DNA of 56,855 nt, counting the filler, from Basidiobolus meristosporus CBS 931.73 (lineage: Eukaryota > Fungi > Basidiobolomycota), in the NCBI GenBank assembly GCA_002104905.1. It is 3 parts of 3 records of this genome, joined end to end, with 100 filler letters (N's around TTAATTAATTAA, not from the genome) between each part and the next. Parts side by side here need not be neighbours in the genome. Positions count along the whole stretch, not along the records: positions 1 to 24,314 come from MCFE01000951.1; 2 more parts are not named here. One strand, 5' to 3'. Below the pieces are notes generated by a model. The model made no database searches and was not told the DNA's origin. It worked only from the letters and a program-made list of their open reading frames with translations. Within the stretch, counting starts at the first letter, position 1; the number at the start of each line of letters is the position of its first letter. Below are positions 1 through 12,744 of the stretch, piece by piece. A program made the translations under genes and the position numbers.

Positions 1-211
1 TGCCATTAGCCACCAAGCTCCTACAACAATGTTAAACAAATGGCTTTAAACTATCAATCAGGGAGACAAGTCATGGATTCCATTAATGCTCAAATGAGGA
101 TTTCCACTCCATCTAAACAAATTCTTCATTGTACAAATAACACACAAAGTGATCAGGTTAATGAATCAATTGGCGCATTATGAAAACTGATGCTGAAGCT
201 GGACTCTCAAA

Positions 212-658
212 GTGAACCATCATCAAGCATCAACAAGGCAAGACCAGAAAAATCCCAAAACAACCAGTAATTATCCACAGCAAACCAAATATTGTGTGTA
301 CTGTGAATCTGCTGAACATAGCCGTTATGGTTGTCAAATAGGGAATATCAATATTGAGAGTCATAAAGTTATGATTAATTGCTATGGGAAGATTGGTGAT
401 ATTGCAGGAAACCCCTTGCCTATCAACAGAGGCTACAGTGAAATGAGGTCCTATATACTTGCTCAAGAAGAATCAAGTAAAAGCACCACAACATCAAATT
501 TTATACAAATCCAAAAGACTGCAGAAATTCCAAGCAATGAACATTATATACTTATAATATCAGACCCATCAGGGCAGGTCCAAGAATATCTAATGGAAAA
601 GGGGAAGTTGAAGAATTTAATTGCCTTATTGATAAGAGAAAATATGTCTCTACAGTGA
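212..658 (+). pseudogene. gag fragment of element A with CCHC zinc knuckle
   Basis: C-x2-C-x4-H-x4-C motif in ORF 212..658; upstream gag is interrupted by TGA at ~181. Confidence 0.75.
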
Positions 659-3600
659 GCAATTCTAAAAAGTTATGTACCAACAAAAGAAATCAGCCAG
701 TTGTTGAAATACCAGTACCGCCAGAAGCATCAAAAATCCACAAAGAACACTTGCAATATCAATCTAAGTATGACACTACTGCAATCACACAGAAAGTTAT
801 TGACAAATTCTGGAAATCTGCATTTCCACAACTTACAAATCAAGAAATGTTCACTGCTACAAACAATCTCAGTCAACTACTAACAGGAATAGTTAAGCCT
901 ATGAACAAAGATATCCTGAAGAATTATCAAGAACAGTTGTCAACAACATTATCAAGGGAGCAACTACAATTTGAAGTGGAAAAAGCCTTTTACTCTATTA
1001 CAACAAGAAGCTGTGCTGCTTCAATCAACAATGTTGAAGTGGAATGTGTTTTTTTGATAACATACCTGATGGAAGCTTATGGCTGACAATCACTTCCAAA
1101 AATCAAAAAAGAAGTGCAACCTTTTGTGCAGCAGAAGAGAATAATCCAAGAAATGCAGACTCAATTCCTGTACAAGATATTCAGGTTCATAAGGATATTT
1201 TATTTTATGATCAACACTTCATTCTGTTGATAACAAGTATGACAAATACAAAGTATAAGCCAGTTGCATTGAAAGCAAAGCCAGTATCTACTGGAATCTC
1301 ACCATCTGCGATTAACAATCCTCAAATGGAGCCTTTGCACAAATATGACAAAGTCAGACTCACAGAAGAGACCTTATTGTAATCCCTGGTTTACACTGTT
1401 GAAGAAAAATGGAAGTCTACAGTTTATTCAAGACATACAGCACTTGAATAAGGCCACCATCAAAGATGATATGCAACCACCCATACAACAAGAGTATATT
1501 GAGTCATTTACTGGATATCCTCTAATTACCACATTGGATCTTTATTCAGGATATGACCAAATACTTCTGGATCCTGACTCAAGAGATTTCTCTCCTATGG
1601 ATACACCAATAGGACTCATAAGGATGACAGAATTCCTCAAGAATCGACTAACTCTGTCCAAAATTATCAATGTGCAATGATTTGGGTTTTAGATGACTGT
1701 TTCCCTGAAATATGCCAACCATTTTTTGATGACTTTGCAGTTAAGAATAAGTCCAGAGAGAAAGATATATGACATGTCTTACCTCAAGTAAGAAGATATG
1801 TTTATGATCACATATGCATTGTTGAAAGGGTCATGAAGAAACTTGAAGCTTCTGGTATGACCGTATCTGGAGCCAAATGCAAGTTAGGCTACAACAAAGC
1901 ATCATTCTGGGTGAACTTGTAACAGAAAAAGGGAGATTGCCTGATTCTGCAAAACTTTCATTGGCACTAAATTGGAAGCCACCAAGCAATATTCATCAAG
2001 TCAGACAACTATTAGGACTTACTGGTTTATTCAGATTCTGGATCAAGAACTATGCTCAAATTGCTAAGCTGCTGACTCAGCTATTACAGAAAAACCAGAA
2101 ATTTGAATGGCATGAAGAACAGGCAAATGCTATGTTGACATTGCTTGAGTCATTATTAAACCCTCCTGTCTTAGCAGCTATAGACTCCAGTGTTTTTGAT
2201 TTACAACCAATCATTGTATCAGTTGATAGCTCTGGAATTGGGGCTGGTTGAATCATGATTCAAGTTTCAAAAGATCATCATTGACAACCTTGCAAATTTC
2301 TTGGTAGACTATTCAAAGCAAATGAGCTTAACTATTCATCTATCAAGAAAGCAACACTGGGAGTACTCTATGTACTCAAAAAGCTGACGCCATACTTATT
2401 AGGGGTGCACTTCATGCTGGAGGTTGATGCCAAGCCATTATCAGGAATGTTGAATAAGTTGGAGCTTTTGCCTGATCCTATTCTAGCATAGTGGATATTT
2501 TATATTCAGATCTTTGACTTTATGCTGCAACACATACCAGGGGCCAATCACAAAGGACCTGATGCCTTATCTAGAAAGCAACTAAATTCACCATACTCAA
2601 CTGATGATGAAGAGATTGATGAGTTTCTTGAAAACACAAGCCTTGGATTCTCATTCAGACATATGATGCAAAGCAATTATCAGCAAATCAAGGAACTTCT
2701 TATATCGCTCAAAGTTCCTGCTGATATTCCTACAAATCAATGCACAAATTTTAAAGAGAAGGCTTTAAAGTTTATACTGCATGACGGCACACTTTTCAGA
2801 AAAAGCAAACATGGAGTTCCTCAATGGTATATAAATAACAAGCATGATCAAGGGAAGATCATTTCAGAATTGCATGAATCTGAATCAGGAGGTTATAAGG
2901 GAATTACATCAACCTATGCAAAAATCTCCTTACGGTATTTTTGGTCAATGCAATACACTGGCACAAAAGAATATGTGAAATCATGTATTCCATGTCAAAG
3001 AAGAGACAACCAAAAGATGCATGAATCACTTCACAGTATATACACATATTATGCTTGGCAAATTGCACATGTAGATATTATACATTTACCAAGGGCAACA
3101 GCAGGGTATAAGTATGTAGTGGACTGCTGTGATAACTTTACTGGTTGGATAGAGGCTAGAATGATAAAACAAGCAAATGCAAAAGCAGTAGCAAGATTTC
3201 TTAAAGAAGATGTATATCTCAGACTTGGTTCAGTTGGTGCCCTTATTGCAGACAAAGGAGAATATGGATCTTGTGAAATACAAAAACTAGCAATGAAGCA
3301 TGGAACCATGCCTATACATACTTTGCCATACCACCCACAAGCAAATTCACCAGTTGAACATGGACATTCTGCTTTTGCAAACACATTAGCAAAGCTTAGC
3401 TATGAAGAACCCAACAAGTGGGCAATTAACTTTCATGCAGCAGTTTGGGCTGATAGAGTTACGGTTCAAAGAAGTGCAGGGTATACACCAATTTTTTCAA
3501 TATATGGGCATGAAGCTGTTTGGCCAATAGACTTACCTTTTGAAAATTGGCTTACCCTCCCATGGAAACCAACCATGACAACATCAGAGCAATTGCTAGC

Positions 3601-3920
3601 AAGAGTACAACAGATTCAACAAGAATACACTCTGCAAAAGAATGCAATAGAAAACCTCAAGAAATCCAGAATGGCTGGCAAGGAGTACCTTGGCACTCAA
3701 AAATGCCTAAGAAAACATTGCTAGAAGTAGGTGAATTTATACTACTTCACAACACCAAGAGCCAAAGAAACAAGGCATCCAAACTGACTATGTGATGGCC
3801 AGGTCCCTACAAGAGCATATATGCAAACAAAAATGGATCTTATAAATTAGCAGAACTTGACAGTACACCACTTGCACTGGTACAACCTGGTAACAGACTG
3901 AAGAAGTTTCATATCAGAAT
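655..3920 (+). pseudogene. pol of element A (protease remnant, RT, RNase H, integrase)
   Basis: RT: PWFTLLKKNGSLQFIQD, TLDLYSGYDQI, and FFDD at ~1725. RH: IVSVDSSGIGAG. IN: H-x6-H...C-x2-C zinc finger, AHVDIIHLP, HPQANSPVE. Confidence 0.9.
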
Positions 3921-4100
3921 TATTAATGAAGGCATTATTTCTCAAAGTCAGGGTAGACTTGTGGTAATGGAAATTATCCCATTACTACAATATCTCAAAA
4001 CTAATATTGCACTCATTTCTTTTGCAAAGCTCACAAGAATCCAATTTAAGTTCAACAAGAAACTACCACTTTTCTGTTGGAAAAGTCCCCTCAGAAGCCC

Positions 4101-4299
4101 CTTTACTCTAAAGACACCCCTTTAGTCTAAAGACCCCTTTAAGTAACCCCTTTACTCTAAAGAAGCCACTTTAAGCACCCCTTTAGTGTAAAGTCCACTT
4201 TAGAGACCTCTACAAGAGCCCCTTTACTCTAAAGACACCCTTTTAGGTCTAAAGTCCCCTTTAGAGACTTGCACAACACACCCCTTTAGGTTAAAGGGG
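4101..4299. repeat. Array of ~7 short palindromes CTTTA-N3-TAAAG in the 3' UTR of element A
   Basis: Units at 4101, 4120, 4150, 4181, 4222, 4240 (imperfect) and 4281; the last is CCCCTTTA-GGT-TAAAGGGG. Confidence 0.85.
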
Positions 4300-4309
4300 G
4301 GCTCAGAGT

Positions 4310-4630
4310 TGCCATATTATGAAATGTTTTCTCAGAAAGGAAATGACTTCCAAATAAGGAAAAGTTACTATAAAAGTAAATAAGCCCATTAGTCAACAGA
4401 AGGACAGAACACTGCTGTAGAAGTGAGAAACACTGCCTATAGTATATTTTGAGCGTAAGATTCAGGATATTAGTGGAAGTTATTTCTTCTACTGGAATAT
4501 CAAACTCCCAATAACCTATTTCAGTATTAGCATACTGAAAGTTGTTGTATATTGTTGATTAGCCTCTACATTGTAGAACAAGCTGCAAACTAATCATATT
4601 ACAACACAACAGATCCCCAATCTTTAAACA
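4310..4630 (+). repeat. Putative 3' LTR of element A
   Basis: Starts with TG just after the PPT and contains a TATAAAA at ~4369. No second copy in the window to confirm the ends. Confidence 0.4.
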
Positions 4631-5301
4631 ATGGAAGATGTGGAGGCTGTGGTATACAAATTGCCTGTTTCTGCATACTCATCTACCTTGCTGGAGTGTA
4701 GCTCAACTGGCTGCACTCCCAACTCTTGTGAAAGCAGCTGTTTTCTTGTCGGTAAATTTTCTTGGCTGAGATGGAATTCAGTCTGTTCCAGGCGTGCAGC
4801 ATTAATTGGCAAGAACTGCAGTTTTTTTTGCATGCCTCCCTCTCTCAGGCTTGGGTAGACATTTTTCCCTTTACCTTTTCCTTTATCACTGCCAGCTGTC
4901 TCACTGCTACTTTGTCTGAGTGCTTCTTGTAATGAACTATGTTTTCTCCTTGATAAATTCCGCCCTTATGCGTCTGTTTGGCCTGCCTGTCCCTTGGTGG
5001 CACTCTTCTGACAACCTGGCATTTCTTTTCCGCTAGTTTTGAGCTCTCAACTGTAGTTGTGGCAGGCTTCTGTAAAAGTTGCTGTTTTTATCACTGCCAG
5101 GTTCTTCACTGCTACTTTGACCAAGTGCCTCTTGAGTGATACTATGCATTTTCCTTCATAAATGTTGTGCTGGTGCATCTGTGTCTGCCTGAATGTCCCT
5201 AATTGGCACTCTTCCAGCTACCTGATGTCTTGTTGATGCTTGTCTGGAGCTTTTGGCCCTGCTTGTAAAAGGCTTTTGAGGAAGCCCTGGTTTTTAGCTG
5301 T
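4624..5301 (-). pseudogene. 3' half of a decayed ORF of unknown function (host of solo LTR-B)
   Basis: After removing 5302-11316 the frame from ORF 11185..11436 continues (RQKNKGAT|AKNQGFLKSLLQ). Contains a diverged ~205-bp duplication (4887 vs 5092). Confidence 0.5.
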
Positions 5302-5342
5302 TGTAGTGGGGTGATAGTGACACCCACTGACAGATGTGCTCA

Positions 5343-5710
5343 TGTTACAAGTCTTGGTATAAGAGTTGTAGAGGAATAGGGAGTTTAGCTGGTATTGTAT
5401 TCACTAAAACTTGAACTGATTTTTATTGAGGTTCCAGCAGCTCCTTATATACATTATGCCAGATCAATTGCTGACTAATTGTATTTCCTAATGTAGGTTG
5501 TGGCTGATGACTCATTTGATTGCATCATCATCACCCAATAAGATCCTACTTAATATATTAATTTCTGTCTGATAAGGATCTGCTGATTCATTTGCTGACT
5601 AATGCTACTGATTTCATAGATAATACTGATATACTGATAACCTAAACATATACTAATTGATTTGACTAAAAACTGATCTAACTTAAATATTCAAGCAGCA
5701 GATCATAACA
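5343..5710 (-). repeat. 3' LTR of element B
   Basis: 368 bp, about 10 substitutions versus 9911-10278 (~97% identical by eye). Confidence 0.97.
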
Positions 5711-5717
5711 TTCTCCC

Positions 5718-8521
5718 CTACCAAAGTTGAGAGGGTTCTCCTGAATCTCTTTTCTTGTGATACCAATATCTTGATGGTTCAGTATTATCAGCAAGTCTTG
5801 CAAGCTTGAGTCTGTCCCTATGCACTAAGTCTTCCCAGATATTGCCTTGTTTGTCCACCAGTTGGTAAGTTGCAAATGGACATTCTCTGATGATCTTGAA
5901 TGGTCCTGTCCATTGTGGCTCAAACTTCTTCCAAGTGTTGTTTCTTAGCAATACAAAGTTCCCAACTGTCAATGCTTCTGGTGCTATAGTCTTATCAAAT
6001 CTCTGCTTCATCTTTTCTGCACTTTGAGATGCTTTGGTCTGTGCCTCTTGACATCTTTGTTCCAGCTGCTGGTATCTACTTGGCTGATTGAGTTCATCTT
6101 CTAAGGTGTCTGTAAGCTTTGGTTGTGTGAGATCTCCTGGAATCCTTGGTTCACGTCCATACACTAAGTAAAATGGTGATTGCTGGGTGGTGTTGTGTAC
6201 TCTGACTCTGCATGCACAGAGTGCTTGGTCTATATACTCATCCCATCTACTTACAACTCCATTTGAGTACTTGGTCAGCATTTTTCCAAATAATCCATTT
6301 AACCGCTCAGTGACTCCATTAGTTCTGGGGTGATATGCCAAGGTTTTCAAGTGTCTGATCTGCTGCATTTCCAGGTGAGCCTCTAATGTCTTTGCCATAA
6401 AGTTTGCTCCTCTATCAGATAAGATCTCCGCAGGGCATCCAAACTTCATCAGGATCTCATGGTAAATGAAACTTGCAACTTCTTGTTCACTGGGTATTGG
6501 TACAGCTTTAGCAACTGGCCATTTAGTGGCATGGTCAATTGCTACTAGGATCCAACGGTTGCATTTCCTGGTAGTTGGCTGTCTTCCAATAAAGTCATTT
6601 GCCCATCTTTCAAATGGTCTTACAGGCTCAAAGGGAAAAATTTCAGCAATTCTTTGTGATTGGCTTTGGTTGGTTTGGCAATTTGGGCATGTTTTCACTA
6701 GCTTCTCAATGTCTTGTTTCATTCTGGGCCACCATTCTCTGGCTTTCACAAGACTATAGGTTCCTTCAATTCCAAGATGTCCATATCCATTGTGTAGCTT
6801 ATGGATTAAATCCAGGTGAGAAACATAAGGGCAATAGGCAATTGGGCTTCCATCAACAATTTGATAGAGTGTTTCATCCTGTACTACAAATTTGCTGGCT
6901 TCATCACTGATTATCTTCTTTATCTCTTCATCCACCTCATTAGGAATGACTTGGTCCTCCAAGTACTTTGGTAATAGGCTAGGCCAATCTGATTCATGCA
7001 CCAAGTTGAGTTGTACCACTTGATCTAATCTTGATAAGGCTTCAGCAACCGTGTTGTTTTTTCCATGGCAGTAGACAATCTCCAGGTCAAATTGCTGAAT
7101 GTATTCACTCCATCTTGTCATTCTTCTAGAGAGTACCTTCTGAGTAAATATATACATGAGGGAGGCATGATCAGTCTTCACAGTGCATTTGACTCGTTCA
7201 ATATAGCATCTCCATATCTTCAAACAGTGTATTAAAGCAAGCATCTCCTTCTCATGGACTGGATAGTTTTGTTCTGCTGAGTTCAGTTTCTTGGACTCAA
7301 AGGCACAGAGTAGTCCTTTCCCTTGTGTTCTTGGCTCAGCACTCCACCAATTACATGATCTGAAGCATCTGTGCACAGAGTGAACACTTTTCTGAAGTCA
7401 GGTATTCTTAAGCTTGGCAGCTTAGCAAGTTCATTCTTGAGCATCTGGAAGGCAGTTTTACAAGCTATGTCCCACTTGAAGGTACTGTCTTTCATGAGGA
7501 TATCAGTTAAAGGGGCTGCAATACATGCAAACAACTTGACAAATCTCCAATAATAGGAAACCATTCCAAGGAGTGATCTGAGCTCTGATATGCTATGGGG
7601 CTGCTTCAGATTCTTGATTACTTCCACCTTCTTGGGGTCTAAGGTTACTCCTGTGCTAGTCACTATGTGTCCCAGATATTCAACATGTTCCTTAAAGAAT
7701 TCACACTTGGGTAGCTTGCCATAAAGCTTGTTCTCTCTTAGCTTTTTCAAGACTTTTTCAATGTGCACCAAGTGATCCTCTTCTGTCTTGCGGTATATCA
7801 GTATATCATCTAGGTATATTATGACAAACTTGTCAAAGTACTCCAGGAAGACAGTCTGCATCAAGGTCATGAAAGTTGCAGGGGCATTGGTAAGGCCAAA
7901 ACTCACAACTAAGTACTCGTAATGTCCATATCTAGTCCTGAATGCTGTCTTAGGGATATCTTCTGGTTTCACCCTAATCTGGTTGTATCCTGGCATGAGG
8001 TCAATCTTGCTGAATATGGTGGCTCCATTAAGTTGGTCCAAAAGCTCATCATGCCAAGGTATGGGGTACTTATTCTTGACAGTAACTGAGTTCAGGGCTC
8101 TGTAGTCAATGCACATCCTAAGTGTTCCATCCTTCTTTTTCACAAAAAGCACTGGTGCTCCCCAAGGTGACTTGCTGGGTCTAATGTATCCTTGCTCCAA
8201 TAGCTGATCAATTTGTCTCTTCATTTCCTCCAATTCCAATGGACTCATTCTGTAAGGTGTCTTGCTCACTGGAGGGCTATCTCCTGTGTCAATGGCCTGA
8301 TCTACATCTCTGACTGGTGGTAGGCTTACAAGCTCATCTGGAAATACATCTGAATATATCTTCAAGAGAGTCTGGACCTGCTGGGGTGCTGGGGTAGAGG
8401 AACCCTCCTGTAATACTGCCATGAGGAACATCTGGGTAGCTTTTCTAAGTGCTCTACAGAACTGGGTCTTGCTAAGTTCACTTGTCTCACACATACTGCA
8501 ATTGACCAAGTTGAAATCCAA
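5718..8521 (-). pseudogene. pol of element B (RT, RNase H, integrase)
   Basis: SPWGAPVLFVKKKDG, YLDD, LCTDASD, integrase HHCC, WANDFIG, YHPRTNGVTER. A frameshift at ~7300 separates ORFs 7283..8521 and 5718..7376. Confidence 0.95.
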
Positions 8522-8670
8522 CCTGGCAGGTAATAGCTCATAGGTCTTGTTGTCTTTTTGGATCTGAGTAGCATGGGTTCTCCAGTGAATGATGGATTAC
8601 AACAAAATAACCAGGTTTTTCCAAGTACAAGGTCAAACTTGCAGTTCCTAAACATATAAGCCTGTAGGTC

Positions 8671-9852
8671 TTATTCAAAGTAATTGATCTTCATTCTTAC
8701 TGGCTGAGTAATATGGTTGATTATGTGTGAGTTCCCATCAGCTGTTGAGACTGAAGTAAATTTGGTAGGTTCCAAGTTGATTCCATCTTTCAAAGCAAAC
8801 TGCTCTGACATGTACTCATGAGATGCTCCTGAGTCAATTATGATCTTGGCAGGTACTGCATTGATTACTCCATTCAAGTATAGTAGCTTTCCTGAGTTTG
8901 AGGTCATCTGGGATAGAAATTTTTCTGTCATGTGGAAGGTGAGTGCCGAGTCTTCTTCAAGTTCATCCTCCATGTTACTATACTCCATGGCCTCAGTACG
9001 GCTAAAGGTTCTTGATGGCTGGTGTCCATTTCTTCTCTGAGGGCAGTACTTTGCAATATGTCCTTGCTGGTGGCAATTGAAGCAAAGTCCTTTCTTCTTA
9101 CATTCTTCTGAGGTAGGATTCTTCTGAATAGCGTCTATTTCCATTGGTACTGCTTCTGACTGTCTTCTTTCATAATGATTGTAGCCTTTCAGATTAGTCA
9201 CTGTAGGCTTCCCCACTCTAAACATAGCTGAGTCATAGTCAATGGCAATCTTAATGGCTTCTTCAATAGTCTGAGGTCTTTGATAATTCACTTCCTTGCA
9301 AGTTCTTTCTTTCAACCCATCAATAAAGTATTCAACTTGATCCAGGGGGCCCATTCTTTCCATTTGTCCAAGTAGACATCTGTACTTGTAGATGTATTCT
9401 TGAACCATTCCATTCTGTCTGAGAGACTTTAACTTCCTTCTTAGTAGTGTCTGCTGGTGTGGAGGTTCAAAAGCATCCTGAATTTCCGACTCAAACTCAT
9501 CCCAGGTAGAGATTGTAGAGCATCCCTTTATAGTGGCCAACCTGATGTTGTTGTGGTACCACTGTAAAGCTGCATCTGCCAGGTAAGAAGCTGCATAATG
9601 CTACTTGCTTTCTGGAGCAATTCCTTTAGCTTTAAAAGCTTCTTCAACCTGAAAGAGCCAAGTTCCCAGGTTTTCATTGACTCTGCTATGGTACCAGTTG
9701 ACCTTCACACTAAAGTTGCTTTTGACAGGGCTTTGCTGGCTCTGAGTCATGGTAGTCATTCCTTGTTGCTGTTGGCTGAGGATCTGGAGTAACTGTTGCT
9801 GTTGGGCCAGGATTTTCTGCATGGCATTCTTCCATTCTTGATTGTCTGACAT
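8671..9852 (-). pseudogene. gag-protease of element B
   Basis: ORFs 9601..9852 and 8671..9540 are in frame across one TAG. Knuckle CFNCHQQGHIAKYC; protease IIIDSGASHEY. Confidence 0.92.
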
Positions 9853-9900
9853 ATTGAGGGTAGTTTCTTCTTTCTTCAGGAGGGAGGTTTCTGGTTATTA

Positions 9901-9909
9901 CTGCTACCA
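9901..9909 (-). promoter_or_regulatory. Primer-binding site of element B (tRNA-iMet type)
   Basis: TGGTAGCAG one base inside the 5' LTR, complementary to the CUGCUACCA 3' end of initiator tRNA-Met. Confidence 0.75.
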
Positions 9910-9910
9910 A

Positions 9911-10278
9911 TGTTACAAGTCTTGGTATAAGAGTTGTAGAGGAATAGGGAGTTTAGCTAGTATTGTATTCACTAAAACTTGAACTGATTTTTATTGAGGT
10001 TCCAGCAGCTCCTTATATACATTATGCCAGATCTATTGCTGAATAATTGTATTTCCTAATGTAGGTTGTGGCTGATGACTCATTTGATTGCATCATCATC
10101 ACCCAATAAGATCCTACTTGGTATATCTATTTCTGTCTGATAAGGATCTGCTGATTCATTTGCTGACTAATGCTACTGATTTCATAGATAATACTGATAT
10201 ACTGATAACCTAAACATATACTAATTGATTTGACTAAAAACTGATCTAACATAAACATTCAAGCAGCAGATAATAACA
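9911..10278 (-). repeat. 5' LTR of element B
   Basis: Direct repeat of 5343-5710, adjacent to the PBS. Confidence 0.97.
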
Positions 10279-11316
10279 CTCATTCCATTATTTTCTACTT
10301 CCCTTTATCTCTACTACACTTATTTTAGTCTTATCCCATTCATCTTATCCAATAAGTACTATCCCATATGCTGGTTGACTATCACACCTGCTTACCTTAT
10401 TGCATAAGTTACCCCTCACTTTATGTAAGATTACTAGCTATAAGTGCTTCTATATTAGGCAAGTACCTGCACCATTACCTGTGACACATGATCAATACAT
10501 GTCACCATCCCTACCAATTCCATACCATATATGGTGTTCCTATGTTACACAGGCTTCAGAATACTGATTCCTGATTGGTTAGATGTGCGGTGCCTCTTAG
10601 AACCTTCCAGTACCTACTTAGAACATTCTTAGGTCATTCGGATGTCATTAAGATTTCTATTGATATCCAGAACCTTCTGGAACACCATGATTAGTAATCA
10701 CTTAGCCAGTGAGAAAAGTATATAAGGGAGGCTATCCCTCAACAATAAATCATCATCCCCTTTATCAATATACCAACTTGTTGATTAGTGTGATCACTGC
10801 TACCTGCTGCTACCTGAACTTCCAACCCCAGACCACAGGACACTCCCAGGAAACCATGCTGACAGCCAACTGACCTTGGAGGCACTACTTGTGAGGAATA
10901 CTCAGAGTAGGTATCTTTTATTATATTTGATTCTTTCCCAAGTTTGTTCTTGTACAGGCAAAGATACTTTTCTGTCTTTGTAATTATTGACCACAGCTGC
11001 ATTCTTATCAAGTCCCTGCTGGTGGAGTTTACAGTTGTTTTGACTTTGGAAGCTTTAGTACATTGTCATCTGAAAGGATGCTGAACCCAGCACATACTTT
11101 TGTTAAGACACCAACTAAGCTGGGGATTGTAGCTCAATAGTTTTCCCTTGACAAGCTTGTGGCTTTATTCCCCTTCACATTAGATTAGAGACAAAACCCA
11201 AGTATTCCTAGCAAGCTTTTGCCAGAGGTTATTGCACCCAGTGAACACCCCACACACAAAACACTTGAGAAGTGTTGGACATATCTCTCCCTTGGACCTA
11301 TACACCACCACACTGT

Positions 11317-11937
11317 GGCACCCTTGTTCTTCTGCCTTTGATAGTTTATGTTATTCTTAAGATACTTTCTTAGTGTACCAATGCTTGCCCAAAATCCATT
11401 TGCCTGTTGGGATCCAGGATAGTGCTCATGGAACAAGCCAAGTGCATTCTGCTCAGCCTTGAGTTCCTGATGGTCACATGGTATGTCAGTCTTAAGCTGG
11501 TGGCATGCTAGACTTCTGACAACCTCTTGAATATTAGCCCACTCTTAATTATTGCACTCAGTGGCTTCATATATCTTCAATGTCTTTTGATTTCTAGGCT
11601 TTGGTATAAGAACCACATTGTGACCCTCCCATGCTGTGATAGGTTTATCTGTGGGCTTTATCTTTGGGCACTGTTGTTGTGCATCAAAGACTGCACAGTG
11701 CTCCTGTGCTGTTACATTGGTAAATGGCTCAATTCTTGGCTGTAACATTGAGCTACCTGAGTTCCACTTTTGCAGCAGAGATACTGCTTTCTCTACCTGC
11801 AATATTGATTGCTCTACACATATTATCCACTCATCCTGTTTCTGGAATATTTCCTGATTTCTCTGAGCCATTGCATATATACTACCATACACTGCACCTA
11901 GTTGATTCATTAGAACTTTGGTATGAGCTGACAACAA
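11317..11937 (-). pseudogene. 5' half of the decayed unknown ORF (host of solo LTR-B)
   Basis: ORF fragments 11545..11937 and 11185..11436; frame joins 5301 across the empty site. Confidence 0.5.
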
Positions 11938-12744
11938 ACTTGCTAATATGGGTGGTGGTGATGTTTTGACAGCCGCTTGCTGGTCTTCAACTGAGTGTAC
12001 AGCATTTCTACATTCTCATCTGGCAGAGCATAACAGTCAGCTTGTGGCTCAACAGAGATTCTCAGTTACCTACTTGACTGAGAACCTGAGGAGTCCACAT
12101 TATTACCTTCAGTGGGCACACTGTTAACAAGGTCTTTTTTGGATGTAGCCCTGCTTGTTGCACTGAATGTCAAAGCAAGCTGTTGTCCAACTGTTCTTCA
12201 GCTACATCAGAGGTGGAGTTTGGTTGGGAACCAAACAACTTTGCTTAATTTTTTGGCAGCATATATATGGAAGTGAGTCAAAGCAAAGGGGAAATAGTGT
12301 TACTTATATGTGTGTATGTGGTGCCACAACTTTATTTATAATGCTTACTATGGTGGGTCACCATTGAATCTTACATTCTTATAGGTGCAATGTCTCAGAT
12401 ACAAGACTGTCTTAAGTTCACATGAGTATTGACTAAAAAGTGATATATTAGCGTTATGTAGTTGAAGGTTAAACTGTTTGTCCTAAGGACAAGACTACTT
12501 TGGCTCAATGCCATATGAGATGAGAAAAAAGACTATATGGCTATTGTAACAAGCCTCTCAGCCATGAAGCACATAAACAGTAGAGGAAGTATTACAAGGA
12601 TCACAGCCAGTGTTTTGCCACACAAGTCATATTTGACCATTCCTTGGTCCCTACTGTACCAGCATAATCTTTCTGGTCAGTTGATGCTTCTATATTGGCC
12701 CCTGGCCATCTTTGTCACCTTGTGCAAACTGAGTCAGGTGAGTT

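Larger units (their letters stand above)
1..4630 (+). mobile_element. Decayed Ty3/gypsy LTR retrotransposon A (5' end outside window)
   Basis: Gag CCHC knuckle (CVYCESAEHSRYGC), RT, RNase H and integrase fragments in gypsy order, broken by many stops and frameshifts. Polypurine tract AAAGGGGGG at 4293-4301. The right boundary (~4630) is only a guess. Confidence 0.88.
5343..10278 (-). mobile_element. Full-length but mutated Ty3/gypsy retrotransposon B
   Basis: Two 368-bp TG...CA LTRs, 4-bp TSD CTCA (5339-5342 / 10279-10282), PBS, PPT (TAGGGGAGAA at 5711-5720, minus strand), gag-PR-RT-RH-IN order. Confidence 0.97.
5302..11312 (+). mobile_element. Solo LTR-B (~1.07 kb), split by Ty3 element B
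   Basis: Ends TGTAGTGG...CCACCACA with 4-bp TSD CTGT (5298-5301 / 11313-11316). 5302-5342 plus 10283-11312 match the reverse complement of 18238-19307. Confidence 0.9.

Noticed and set aside
4101-4299. Palindromic repeat array as a possible CRISPR
   Set aside because: Repeats are 13 bp with irregular, self-similar spacers inside a fungal retrotransposon; no cas genes.
10739-11011. 90-aa ORF repeated at 18538..18810
   Set aside because: Conserved only because both lie within LTR-B copies; non-ATG start and no coding signal.
11315-11323. TGGCACCC after LTR-B copy 1 looks like a PBS
   Set aside because: It overlaps the CTGT TSD, diverges from the true PBS after 8 nt, and belongs to the host ORF (KGAT codons on the minus strand).
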